DNA from: Thermodesulfobacteriota bacterium
Lineage (GTDB): Bacteria; Desulfobacterota_D; UBA1144; Nemesobacterales; Mycalebacteriaceae
Length of the DNA stretch: 64,000 bases
Direction: 5' to 3'
NCBI GenBank assembly: GCA_965226585.1
Contig: OZ245366.1
Coordinates: 320,001-384,000 of the forward strand
Shown here: in pieces, positions 39,777 through 49,291 of the stretch
How the letters are laid out: each line of letters begins with the position of its first letter
How positions within the stretch are numbered: position 1 is the stretch's first letter
Notes under the pieces: model-generated
What the model was told of the DNA's origin: nothing
Database searches by the model: none
Seen by the model: the letters and a program-made list of their open reading frames with translations, nothing else
Translations under genes and position numbers: made by a program

Positions 39777-40966
39777 CAGGCTTTTTCAATCAGGCACATC
39801 GCCTTTGCCGCCACCCCTTCGCCCCTGCCGGTGAAGCCCATTTTCTCCGTGGTTGTGGCTTTTATGTTCACCGCGTCCGTTCCCAGTATGGCTGAGATTT
39901 TTTCCCGCATCTCTCCGGTGTGCGGAGACAGGCGGGGTTTTTCGCAGACAATCACGCAGTCCACATTCACGGCTTGAAAACCGGCGCGTGATATGATGGC
40001 GCGAGTCTGTTCCAGCAGATGCGCCCCTGTCGCGTTTTTGTACGCGGGGTCTGAGTCCGGAAAATGCTTGCCTATATCTCCAAGCCCCGCCGCTCCCAGA
40101 AGAGAGTCGCATATCGCGTGGGCAAGGGCATCTGCGTCTGAATGTCCTATAAGCCCTTTCTCAAACGGAATCTCCACACAGCCGAGAAACAGTTTTCTGT
40201 TCTTCCCAAACCTGTGGGCGTCAAATCCTGTTCCAACTCTGAAGCTCTTCATTCCGCCCCGCTCGAGCCCCCTGATGATTGCTTCGGCTGTTATCAAGTC
40301 TTCGCCGGTGGTGATTTTCATGTTCCGTTTTTCCCCTCCGGCGATAAGCACCTCTTTTCCGCGCCCTTCAAAAAGAGACGCTTCATCGGTTATCTCTTCG
40401 GGGTTTCCCGAAAAGTTTTCATAGATTTCCCCAAGCAGTTCTTTGCGGAACGCCTGAGGCGTTTGCGCCCGCCACACTCCGGAGCGCGGTATGCATTTGT
40501 GAAAGTACCGCTCTGCGCCGTTTTTTTCGTCCCCCCGGGTTTTCTTTATCGTGTCGTCAAGGGCAACTCCCGCAGAAGCCGCGCCGGAATCGTTCGCTCC
40601 CGAGATAACCGCCAGTATGGAGTGAGTGCTCACAAACGGTCTTGCCGCATCGTGAAAAACAACCACACCGCCGCCTGCGTTTTCAAATCCCAGCCGCGCG
40701 GATTCAAAGCGCGTTTTTCCACCGGTGATAACCTTTGTTTTTCCGCCTCCAAATTTTTCCGCTACTTCCTGTGCCTGTCCGATATGCTCTGCGGGGGCGG
40801 TGATTATGATTTCGCCTATGCCTTCGCAGTCTCTGAAAGTTTCAAGGCTGTGGGCAAGGAGCGGTTTTCCGCACAGATTCAGAAACTGCTTCGGCTCTCC
40901 CCCGACCCGTTTTCCCTCTCCCGCCGCGAGAATGATGGCGGAAACAATAGACCTGTTTTCTAACAT
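39776..40966 (-). CDS. ispDF: bifunctional IspD/IspF
   Basis: IILAAGEGKR...PKQF, HDAARPF, QTPQAF, KITT.ED (IspD); GFDAHRF, GHSDAD, DIGKHFPD, NIKATTTEKMG (IspF). Confidence 0.96.
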   Translation of the reverse strand: MLENRSIVSAIILAAGEGKRVGGEPKQFLNLCGKPLLAHSLETFRDCEGIGEIIITAPAEHIGQAQEVAEKFGGGKTKVITGGKTRFESARLGFENAGGGVVVFHDAARPFVSTHSILAVISGANDSGAASAGVALDDTIKKTRGDEKNGAERYFHKCIPRSGVWRAQTPQAFRKELLGEIYENFSGNPEEITDEASLFEGRGKEVLIAGGEKRNMKITTGEDLITAEAIIRGLERGGMKSFRVGTGFDAHRFGKNRKLFLGCVEIPFEKGLIGHSDADALAHAICDSLLGAAGLGDIGKHFPDSDPAYKNATGAHLLEQTRAIISRAGFQAVNVDCVIVCEKPRLSPHTGEMREKISAILGTDAVNIKATTTEKMGFTGRGEGVAAKAMCLIEKA

Positions 40967-40993
40967 TTGAAAATGCTATATCTGTGGGCGTTT

Positions 40994-43900
40994 TCATTCA
41001 AGTGGGTCACCCAAATCAAGCCTCAATCCCAAATAACGGACATCAAGTTTGTCCGCCTTGAACTGGTCAAAGGGATTTTCCAGTAGCGATATTCCGGTTT
41101 CATTTCCCCCCGCATTGAAAACCGTGCAAATCTGGTACTCGCCTAACTCCATTTGATTTTGACATCTACGGGCGTGTTCCCACTGTGGACCTGTAATTTC
41201 GAAGGTGTGAGGGGGGCTACTTATTGTTGTCTTGACCTCTACGAAGATATCCAAATTGCCTTTTCTGCTGATGCTTATGTCATAGGGCTTACTGCTTTCC
41301 CCTGCTTCATTCATCCAGACTACCTCATCTTCCAGATATTTCTTTTGTAGTGCGAGAAGAACTTCTTCTTCTCCCCATCTTCCGGCTTCCAGATTTGGCT
41401 TTGTAGGTCTGCTGTTATTACTATCCTCTCTTGTGGAATTGTTCTGACGAGGGGAAGAGGTTCTTGGCGACAGTGTAGGCGTTACGGCGCGGTATATTTT
41501 CGATGAACCATTCGGCTCGCGTTCGGGTTTCCATGGTTCTTCTGCAAAATTGTTGGGTTCCCCCGGTGTTCTGACCCCGCTTCTTTCATAGTTGCTTGAG
41601 CGCGGTTGTTTTAGTTGTTTCAGTTCTGCTTTCAATTCTTCATTCTCTTGCTTTAACTGTGTGTTTTCCTCCGCTTTTTCTTGGTACTCTTTGCGAGTAA
41701 CAACTTCCGGTCTCATTCCCAGAGCGCGAGCTAATGTGTCTCGGGCTATTGGGGTTCCTTTCTCATACATTTCGTTCAAATCTTCAAATCCGTAATTTCC
41801 CAGAGATTCTATTTGTATCAGTTCGTTTTTTTTATCGTAGAGCCAGTTGTGTTTTTGTATAGTCTGTCCGGCTTCTGAGAACATCTCACACGTATTTTTG
41901 TTGGAAAAATTCTTTTGAGAACTACAAGATACTTTTCCCCTTAAATGGTCATAATATTTCAAGAGGAAACTCCACAAAATCTTTGAACGGCCCTCATTGA
42001 TATTTTCGAGAGAGTATTGAAGCCCGTAGATTTTGAAGTTAGGCTTAAAACCGTCTTCGCCTTTTTTATGGGGATTATCGGGAGTTCCGTGACGTACTGT
42101 TTTCTTCCACTCTTCGCCATCCCATTCCCACTTTCCATCGTCATATTCCAAATCTTTAAAGCATCCGATTTTTACAAACATTTCTTTTATTTCTTTATTG
42201 TTTTTCTCTGTCCATTTCAACTCTTTGACAGGTTCTATCTCTTTATTGTCTTTGAACCATTTTGTAGTTATCTCATCCTGCAGGAAAGTTTTGTCCGGTT
42301 TGCTATAGATTCCTGTTTCCGTGCGAATAATATAGAGGTTTTTTAATGACTTTGTGATGTCACTATCATTTTTGTAGCCTGCTATACGAGCAATGTTTTT
42401 GAGGTGATATTCTTCATTTATTTGGTGGTTTTCGTTTTCGTATTTGGGCAGTATGTCTTTTTGTATCCAGTCTTTTTCATCAGGTTCTTTGATTCCTAGG
42501 TATTCAAACAGTTTTTTGGCGTTTTCTTGCTTCAAAATTTCTTTGTCAATTATTTTGAAGGATGAGGACTCACTGTTGGATTCGTACGGTCTGAAAACCT
42601 GTAGGTTTCCTTTAGAATCAAACGGAGACACGTAGTCTCCATTCTGTAGGCGTAAGATAGGTTTTTCTTTGAACAAGTCAATTATTTCACGATACCTCCC
42701 GTAAAATTTAGGTTTTAATTCACTTTCTTTTTCTTCTATAAAAATACCGTAAAAGTTATTTAGCCACTTATCATCTTTTTTACTGATGAATTCTTTATCT
42801 AATTTCTCTGCAAACTTTTCTAACGAGAATTCTTCTATTGAGAGGATTTGGCGAATGTTATCTGGAATGTCCGTGGAGACCCATTTATACATGACATCTT
42901 TTATTTCGTGTGGTTTAAGAAGTTTGGTTAGTTCCTTGTCTTTAGTAAACAAACATTCTTTCGGGTGAAGATATGTGTTTACTTCAACACCCGGAAGCAG
43001 TTTTTCTTGTTTCATTTTCTCTGTCACGGCCTCGCGTACGGTAGAGTATGGTTCTTCTCCATTTCTTTCGTTCACGGGCAGAAATCTTAAGACATCGGTT
43101 GATAGCAAACCTATATCTCTTATCAATGGCAGAGAATCGGCAACGAGTCTTCCCAAGCTCTTTGTAATTTCTTGGTTGTCTTCGTCATCAAGGCAGAGAT
43201 TCTCTCTGCTGGGAGTTGTTCCGTAGGGTGCTTGAACAAGAAAAGGGAGATAACTTTCCGTGCTTGTCGGAAAAAAAACAAATACTGGGCTCTCGGCAAC
43301 GCTAACCAGATTTCTTTTTTCTTTGAGTAAAGCGATTTTAATTTTATGGCTGGTTTTCCTGACTGATTTTATTGGCTCTATTACAAGATAGTGTTGGTCA
43401 CCACCATCTCCGACAGTTGTTTCAGTAACTTTGAAATCTTTTTTGTATTTCTGCGGAATTTTTAGTGATTTTCTCTTTATGTGTAGATTCCATTTCTTGT
43501 CCTTATAGGAGAAAGTTATTCTTTGTATGTTTTTGAGGAAAAGGAGATTTTCACTTTTTGTTTCTTCAAATCCTTTGATTATAGTTTGTTTGATGTTCTG
43601 AGATTCATCGTTTTTGAGGCGAAGAATAAAAAGTGTTTCTTTTCCAATGTCTTTGGGTTTAACTTCTTCTGGAAGTATATAGTCCTCAATTTTGAAGTGG
43701 TATTTCCCCGAATGAATAATCGGAGAATCTGTAATGTTAAAAACTGACTTGAAGCCAACCCCGAACTTTCCTATGTCGTTTTTTCCTTCTTTATCTGAGT
43801 CACCAAAGTTAGTTATTGAATCAACATTGTTATAAGTAAAAACTTTTTTGCCATCGTGTCTTATCAGCAATTCTTTGTCTGACAAATCAAAGTGTACGAA

Positions 43901-44077
43901 CTTTGCTTCCTTATCTTCGGCATTTTGAAGAAATTCAAAAATGAACTGTGTTTTCTTAGAATGTTGTTCCGCAAGGAGTTTATGCGAGCGGTCTTTGCGT
44001 TTTTTCATCAGCTTGTGGTATTCGAGTATTTCCTCGCGAAGTTTGGCCAATCCGGGGTTGATATCTGCTTTATCCAT
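40994..44077 (-). CDS. sacsin/NOV-like GHKL ATPase fused to C-terminal DUF3883 PD-(D/E)XK nuclease; AT-rich, putative defence protein
   Basis: FIFEFLQNAED, HDG..FT..NV.SI...G.S.K, IGKFGVGFKSVF (GHKL/sacsin); GRWGEE.V...W.NE.GES.KPYDI...FVEVKTT...FEIT..QW (DUF3883); RBS GAGGAG before ATG 44077. Confidence 0.85.
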   Translation of the reverse strand: MDKADINPGLAKLREEILEYHKLMKKRKDRSHKLLAEQHSKKTQFIFEFLQNAEDKEAKFVHFDLSDKELLIRHDGKKVFTYNNVDSITNFGDSDKEGKNDIGKFGVGFKSVFNITDSPIIHSGKYHFKIEDYILPEEVKPKDIGKETLFILRLKNDESQNIKQTIIKGFEETKSENLLFLKNIQRITFSYKDKKWNLHIKRKSLKIPQKYKKDFKVTETTVGDGGDQHYLVIEPIKSVRKTSHKIKIALLKEKRNLVSVAESPVFVFFPTSTESYLPFLVQAPYGTTPSRENLCLDDEDNQEITKSLGRLVADSLPLIRDIGLLSTDVLRFLPVNERNGEEPYSTVREAVTEKMKQEKLLPGVEVNTYLHPKECLFTKDKELTKLLKPHEIKDVMYKWVSTDIPDNIRQILSIEEFSLEKFAEKLDKEFISKKDDKWLNNFYGIFIEEKESELKPKFYGRYREIIDLFKEKPILRLQNGDYVSPFDSKGNLQVFRPYESNSESSSFKIIDKEILKQENAKKLFEYLGIKEPDEKDWIQKDILPKYENENHQINEEYHLKNIARIAGYKNDSDITKSLKNLYIIRTETGIYSKPDKTFLQDEITTKWFKDNKEIEPVKELKWTEKNNKEIKEMFVKIGCFKDLEYDDGKWEWDGEEWKKTVRHGTPDNPHKKGEDGFKPNFKIYGLQYSLENINEGRSKILWSFLLKYYDHLRGKVSCSSQKNFSNKNTCEMFSEAGQTIQKHNWLYDKKNELIQIESLGNYGFEDLNEMYEKGTPIARDTLARALGMRPEVVTRKEYQEKAEENTQLKQENEELKAELKQLKQPRSSNYERSGVRTPGEPNNFAEEPWKPEREPNGSSKIYRAVTPTLSPRTSSPRQNNSTREDSNNSRPTKPNLEAGRWGEEEVLLALQKKYLEDEVVWMNEAGESSKPYDISISRKGNLDIFVEVKTTISSPPHTFEITGPQWEHARRCQNQMELGEYQICTVFNAGGNETGISLLENPFDQFKADKLDVRYLGLRLDLGDPLE

Positions 44078-44197
44078 ATCAGTTTCTCTCCTCATGAGCA
44101 GTGTGTAATCTGCACAGAGCCAAGACTTTATCCAAAAAGAGCCTTGAAACCAAAGGCGCGAATACTCATAATAGCCCTGTCTACGGAGACTCTATTA

Positions 44198-44941
44198 TTG
44201 AAAGTACAAACCCTTGCCAGCGGAAGTTCGGGAAACTGCACTTTTATAGACAGCGGATGCTCAAAGATACTTGTTGACGCCGGTATCGGTGTGCGAAAAC
44301 TCTCCAAATTCCTCGGGCAAATAGGCGTAAGTATGGAAGAGATAGACGCCGTTGTTGTCAGCCACGAACACTTAGACCACGCAAAAGCGATAACCTCCAT
44401 TCCCGTTCCCGTCTATGTTTCATCCGCCACGGCGCACCTGTGGCACAAAAAAGTTGACTCTCTTTCCGAGTTCAATTCCGGCGGCGGTTTCGAAGTCGGC
44501 GCGATGACGATAAACACCTTTCCCGTTCCCCATGACGCCCTGGACCCGGTCGGCTTCACCGTTGAGGCGAAAGGCAAAAAAGTGGGAGTTGTTACCGATA
44601 TCGGCAGAGAAACCGGAGTTGTTTCCGACCGGCTGCGCGATTGCGATATGCTGGTGATAGAGTCAAACCACGATGAACGACAGCTTCTGTCCGGGCTCTA
44701 CCCGTGGGAATTGAAACAGAGAATCGGCGGAAGTCTCGGCCATCTGTCAAACCGGCAGTGCTCAAATCTTCTCTGCGGCGTGGCGCACGACAAACTGCGT
44801 TTTGTGGTTCTCGCCCACTTGAGCGAGTCAAACAATATGCCCGCTCTCGCCCTTGACTCCGCGCGCGCGGCGGTCAGGGGGAGCGGGGCGTCCGTTCACG
44901 TGGCTCCCAGAGTGTCGCCGGGGGAGGCGTTCATAATTTGA
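44198..44941 (+). CDS. metallo-beta-lactamase-fold hydrolase (YycJ/WalJ-like)
   Basis: LASGSSGNC, LVDAG, SHEHLDH, VPHDA.DP, TD.G, ESNHD, GHLSN, AHLSE.NN; TTG start with RBS GGAG and upstream TTGAAA-17-CATAAT. Confidence 0.9.
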   Translation: MKVQTLASGSSGNCTFIDSGCSKILVDAGIGVRKLSKFLGQIGVSMEEIDAVVVSHEHLDHAKAITSIPVPVYVSSATAHLWHKKVDSLSEFNSGGGFEVGAMTINTFPVPHDALDPVGFTVEAKGKKVGVVTDIGRETGVVSDRLRDCDMLVIESNHDERQLLSGLYPWELKQRIGGSLGHLSNRQCSNLLCGVAHDKLRFVVLAHLSESNNMPALALDSARAAVRGSGASVHVAPRVSPGEAFII

Positions 44942-46230
44942 TTTCACGATACAGCAGAAAGGAAATGGCGGACATCTGGAGCGACAAATCCAGATACTCC
45001 AAATGGCTTGAAGTGGAACTCGCCGTCTGCAGGGCTTGGAGCGAGGCGGGAAAAATTCCCCCGAAAGCCCTTGCGGATATAGAAAAAAAAGCCGCCTTTG
45101 ATACCGCGAGAATAGCGAAACTGGAAAAGAGTTTGAAGCACGACGTGCTCGCGTTTCTCACTTCCGTTTCAGAAAAAGTGGGCGCGAACTCAAGATACAT
45201 TCACATGGGCATCACCTCGTCAGATGTTCTGGACACCGCGTTCGCCCTCCAGCTTGGGCAAGCCGCGCAACTCATAATGAAAGATATGAAAGACGTGATG
45301 AAGGTTTTGAAAAAACACGCTCTCCGGCACAAAAAAACCCCGATGATAGGAAGGTCTCACGGCATTCACGCCGAGCCCAAAACCCTCGGGCTTGTTTTCG
45401 CCCTATGGTATGACGAGATGTCTCGAAACCTTGCCAGAATGAAGCGCGCCGCCCATGAGGCGGGGGTGGGCATGATGTCGGGACCTGTTGGAACCTACGC
45501 GAGCGTGCCGCCCCGGATTGAGAAAAGTGCCTGCAAAAAACTGGGTCTTCGTCCCGCCGCGATATCAACCCAGATAATTCACCGCGACATACACGCCGAG
45601 TATTTTCTCTGCCTCTCGCTCATCGCCGCCGGAATTGAGAGAATAGCGACCGAGATACGGCACTTTCAAAGAACCGAGGTTCTTGAAATGGAGGAGCCGT
45701 TCGGAAGCGGGCAGAAAGGGTCTTCGGCGATGCCCCACAAAAAAAATCCGATATTGTCGGAAAATCTCTGCGGCCTCGCAAGGGTTGTGAGGTCTCACTC
45801 TGCGGCCGCGCTTGAAAACATCTCCCTGTGGCACGAGAGAGACATAAGCCACTCGTCGGTTGAAAGGATTATCGCCCCGGACGGCACCACTCTTGTTGAT
45901 TTTATGCTCGTCCGCCTCAAACTTCTTCTGGATGGTCTTGTGATACACAAGGACAAACTTTCGGAAAACATGGACCTGACAAAAGGGCTTGTGTTTTCCC
46001 AGAAAGTTTTGCTGAAGATTATAGACAAGGGCGTCTCCCGTGAGAATGCGTACGCGATTGTGCAGAGAAACGCCATGAAATGCTGGGAGGAGAAGACCGA
46101 CTTTTCAGCCATCCTTAAAACGGACGGGGAGTTGATGAAGATTCTCCCGGAGGACGAAATTGACTCATGTTTTGATACTTCAGAGGATTTTCAGCATGTT
46201 GAGACGATTTTTAAGAGAGTTTTCTCCTGA
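44938..46230 (+). CDS. purB: adenylosuccinate lyase
   Basis: MISRYSR.EM, KHDVLAF, H.G.TSSD, GRSHGIHAEP, GSSAMPHKKNP, WHERDISHSS. Confidence 0.97.
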   Translation: MISRYSRKEMADIWSDKSRYSKWLEVELAVCRAWSEAGKIPPKALADIEKKAAFDTARIAKLEKSLKHDVLAFLTSVSEKVGANSRYIHMGITSSDVLDTAFALQLGQAAQLIMKDMKDVMKVLKKHALRHKKTPMIGRSHGIHAEPKTLGLVFALWYDEMSRNLARMKRAAHEAGVGMMSGPVGTYASVPPRIEKSACKKLGLRPAAISTQIIHRDIHAEYFLCLSLIAAGIERIATEIRHFQRTEVLEMEEPFGSGQKGSSAMPHKKNPILSENLCGLARVVRSHSAAALENISLWHERDISHSSVERIIAPDGTTLVDFMLVRLKLLLDGLVIHKDKLSENMDLTKGLVFSQKVLLKIIDKGVSRENAYAIVQRNAMKCWEEKTDFSAILKTDGELMKILPEDEIDSCFDTSEDFQHVETIFKRVFS

Positions 46231-47230
46231 CCTTCCGGTTGTTGCCTCTCTCTGTTTTTTGCTGATTTTCTGCGCCGCGCAGAACTCCGCCGCAAGGAGT
46301 TTTGAGCAAAAAACCCGCGCGGCGGCGGAGACATTCGCAAAAAGTTTTGTGCTTTTTCTCCCCGCCGGATACACGGTTGGCGTTGAGAAATCCGGCGCGA
46401 AAAGACAGAGAGGGTTTATAAGCGGAAGGTTTGTTTTCAAATCCCCCAAAGGGAAAAAGGCGGACGTTCCGCCCGTTGCGTTTCTTCTGACTTCAGACGG
46501 AAAGTATTTGATTCTGGGAACAGACAAAGTGGTTGGCACGGCTGACCTTGAAGGCTCAGACCTTTCCGGATTCGCCAAAATCCCAAATTTCTTCAAAGAG
46601 GCGCCGGTGGTTCTTTTCTCAAAAGACGGGCGGATAATCGCCGCGAACAACATTCTTGAAGTCGGCGCGGATTACGCCCTGAAGAACAGGCGGAAAATGT
46701 CATTCAAAAACTCCCCGGTGCTGGGAGACCCGCGCGCCGAGGTGTCAATTGTTGAGTATTCGAACTTTCAATGCCCCTACTGCAAGGAGGCGCTTTTTTT
46801 AATCAGGGATGTTCTGGATAAGTATGAGGGCAAGGTGAGGCTTGTGTACAAACACCTTCCGGCAAGTTTTCATGAGTGGTCGTACCCCGCAGCCGCCGCT
46901 TCGTACTGTTTTGCCAGATTCGGGGGCAACAAGGCGTTCAGGTATTTTCACGATGAGGTTTTCAGGCATCAGGCATCCATAACTCCGCAAAACTACGCCA
47001 AACGCTTTGCCGCCCTCGCGCGCCGGTCGGGGCTTTCGCCGGGGCGCATATCAAAATGCATGGATTCATCCGAAGCAAAGGATATTATCAGTCGCGACAT
47101 AAAAGAGGCGGAATCGCTGGAAGTGGAAGGAACTCCAACGTTTTTTGTTGACGGAATCAGGGTTCCCGTGGACGCGGATTTGCTCAAGCGGGCAATTGAG
47201 ATACGTCTTTCCCGCAGGGGTTTACAATGA
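46196..47230 (+). CDS. DsbA/DsbG-like thioredoxin-fold protein with N-terminal extension (start uncertain)
   Basis: P.LG...A.V.IVEYSNFQCPYC and GTPTFFVDG cis-Pro loop; N-terminal hydrophobic signal. Confidence 0.85.
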   Translation: MLRRFLREFSPDLPVVASLCFLLIFCAAQNSAARSFEQKTRAAAETFAKSFVLFLPAGYTVGVEKSGAKRQRGFISGRFVFKSPKGKKADVPPVAFLLTSDGKYLILGTDKVVGTADLEGSDLSGFAKIPNFFKEAPVVLFSKDGRIIAANNILEVGADYALKNRRKMSFKNSPVLGDPRAEVSIVEYSNFQCPYCKEALFLIRDVLDKYEGKVRLVYKHLPASFHEWSYPAAAASYCFARFGGNKAFRYFHDEVFRHQASITPQNYAKRFAALARRSGLSPGRISKCMDSSEAKDIISRDIKEAESLEVEGTPTFFVDGIRVPVDADLLKRAIEIRLSRRGLQ

Positions 47231-47240
47231 AAGGGGCGAT

Positions 47241-48452
47241 ATGGATTTTATAGAACAGGCGGGAAAAGCGGTAAGGCGGAAAGCCCCGGAATTGCGGGAC
47301 TGGGAGGCGGAGCATCTGTCGAAAATACTGGCGCCTTTTTATTCCTCCGCCGACCTCAGGGTTTCAGAGAAAAAGTGCGCCGTTGTTGACACAAACATCT
47401 TTCCCGCCGGTTTCAACAACCTTTCCGCGCCATTCCGTTCAGCCCTAGGTTCTCTCATAAAAGACGCTCTTGAGCGGAAATATCCCGGCACGGAAAGTGT
47501 TCTTATAGTTCCCGAAGTTCACACGCGAAACCCGTATTACTGGGAGAATATTAAGACGCTTGAAAAGGTTCTGCTGAGCCGCGGTTTTGAGGCGCGGGTT
47601 GGTTTTATTGACGACTCGGTTGAGCGCGAAAAAATCTCATGTGAGACATCGGGCGGCGAGACGGTGGAGCTTGCCAAAATACGTTCCGAGGGCGGAAAGA
47701 TAACAGCCGGGGGTTTTACCGCGGACGCGGTTTTGCTGAACAACGATTTTTCCGATGACTGCCCGTCAATTCTGCGTGACGTTGTTCAGCCGATTGTGCC
47801 TCCGGTTGAAATCGGGTGGCATTCCCGCAGAAAAGATGTTCATTTTGAGTTTTACAACTCCCTTGCGTCCGAAGCCGCGCTGATATGCGGAATTGACCCC
47901 GCCTCGGTTCAGGTTCTCACCCGTCCGGTGGAGGATGTGGATTTTGACGAAGCGGATGACAGGGAGAGGGTTGCCCTTGCCGCAGACGGCATGACCGGGG
48001 AGATGAAAAACGGTTCCGAGCCGTTTGTTTTTGTCAAAAGCAACAACGGCACTTACGGGATGGCGGTGGTTTCGGTTGCGGACGGCGATGCGGTGAGAAA
48101 CATGAACGCCGAGAACAGAAAGAAGATGCGCGCCGGAAAATCAAAACAGCCTTTGAGAAACGTGGTTGTTCAGGAAGGCGTTCCGACCGCTTTGCGGACA
48201 ACGGACGGAATGCCCACCGAACCCGTTCTCTACATGGTGGAAACGCAAGTTGCGGGCGCGTTTTACCGGGCAAACTCCAGGAAAGACGCGCAGCAGAATC
48301 TGAACTCATCGGGAATGGAGTTCCGACCGTTTCCCGATGCGGTGAGCGGTTTTCAGGAGATACCGGAACTGTTTTCCCTATGCGCCAAAATCGCCGTCAT
48401 CGCCGCCGGATACGAGATTGAAAAGGTCATGCTGGAAGGGGGCTGTGAGTGA
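47241..48452 (+). CDS. gshA: glutamate--cysteine ligase (ATP-grasp-like GshA family)
   Basis: PFYSSADLR...VDTNIFPAGFNNL, LIVPE.HTRN.YY, LLNND.S, GW..RRK..HF, VK..NGTYGM.V, QEGV.T, EPVLY, FYR.N....NLNS.GM. Confidence 0.88.
   Translation: MDFIEQAGKAVRRKAPELRDWEAEHLSKILAPFYSSADLRVSEKKCAVVDTNIFPAGFNNLSAPFRSALGSLIKDALERKYPGTESVLIVPEVHTRNPYYWENIKTLEKVLLSRGFEARVGFIDDSVEREKISCETSGGETVELAKIRSEGGKITAGGFTADAVLLNNDFSDDCPSILRDVVQPIVPPVEIGWHSRRKDVHFEFYNSLASEAALICGIDPASVQVLTRPVEDVDFDEADDRERVALAADGMTGEMKNGSEPFVFVKSNNGTYGMAVVSVADGDAVRNMNAENRKKMRAGKSKQPLRNVVVQEGVPTALRTTDGMPTEPVLYMVETQVAGAFYRANSRKDAQQNLNSSGMEFRPFPDAVSGFQEIPELFSLCAKIAVIAAGYEIEKVMLEGGCE
48443..48450 (+). repeat. left copy of 8-bp direct repeat CTGTGAGT (island boundary)
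   Basis: ctgtgagt(g)agtc here versus ctgtgagt-agtc at 51360-51371; covers the last codons of gshA. Confidence 0.7.
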
Positions 48453-48496
48453 GTCGGAAATTTTGTTTGTGCGGATTTGGTTGATACCATTAAGAA

Positions 48497-49291
48497 ATGG
48501 CAAAGAATCTGAACCCTTGGATAGAGATGAGTATTGAATACGCGAACCAGCGTAGTTACTTGGATGATTTGTTCACCGTTTATCCGACAATACCGGATGG
48601 TATTCGTGAAATAGATGAGGAAGTTCGGGAAAGTGTGGAAAAATCGTTTGAAAAGCAGGACAACATTTCGCTTATTGAAAACTTGCTCAAACTTGAACTT
48701 TTTCCGGTCAAGGACTCGTATGTAGCGTACCTCAGGAGAGACAAAGAATCCTTGAGACGCAATCCTGCCACCGTAGACAGGCTTGCCGGTCGCATTTATG
48801 ATTTGGGGCTGGAGGAAGTTTTGTCTCGCTCTTCCGAGCCGAAAGAAACCAACAGGCAAATAGGCCCGCTTTTCAAACGCTGGATTAGTGGAAAGTCTCT
48901 CGGTGTGAAGCCAGTGAAGTTGGATAAGTTTTTGGAAACAAAAAGAAACGCTGTTCTTGATGCAAGTGATGAAGAGATGAAAGAATTTGCTTGGAAAAAT
49001 CTGAATTACAAGCATGACAAAGGGCTCGATTTTGTCGGGCGTTTTAACGGCAAATACGTTATTGGAGAAGCAAAATTCCTAACTGATTTTGGAGGACATC
49101 AGAACGCTCAATTCAATGATGCTGTAGCTACTGTAACAGCGCGTGGAGTGAAAGCAGTTCAGGTCGCAATTCTTGACGGTGTCCTATACATTGAAAGCAG
49201 AAGTAAATTGCATAAGGAAATTACCGGACGGCTTAGAAACAAAAATATAATGAGTGCATTGGTTTTTCGGGAGTTTCTGTATCAGGTCTAA
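48497..49291 (+). CDS. type II restriction endonuclease, Tsp45I-like
   Basis: W.E.SIEYANQRSYLDDLF.VYP, P.KDSYVAYL, PKETNRQIGP.F, and KGLDF...IGEAKFLTDFGGHQNAQF PD-(D/E)XK core recalled as Tsp45I family; coupled to a methyltransferase. Confidence 0.78.
   Translation: MAKNLNPWIEMSIEYANQRSYLDDLFTVYPTIPDGIREIDEEVRESVEKSFEKQDNISLIENLLKLELFPVKDSYVAYLRRDKESLRRNPATVDRLAGRIYDLGLEEVLSRSSEPKETNRQIGPLFKRWISGKSLGVKPVKLDKFLETKRNAVLDASDEEMKEFAWKNLNYKHDKGLDFVGRFNGKYVIGEAKFLTDFGGHQNAQFNDAVATVTARGVKAVQVAILDGVLYIESRSKLHKEITGRLRNKNIMSALVFREFLYQV

Noticed and set aside
39776..40966. IspD-IspF fusion as a novelty
   Set aside because: Bifunctional IspDF is well known in many bacterial groups.
40967..44160. Terminal repeats around the sacsin-like gene (TTGAAA direct, TCTGTG inverted)
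   Set aside because: Only 6-bp matches, one of which is a -35 box; expected by chance.
43892..44197. Apparent 102-aa N-terminal extension of the MBL hydrolase ORF
   Set aside because: It overlaps the sacsin-like gene on the opposite strand; a TTG at 44198 has its own RBS and promoter and starts at the family's normal N-terminus.
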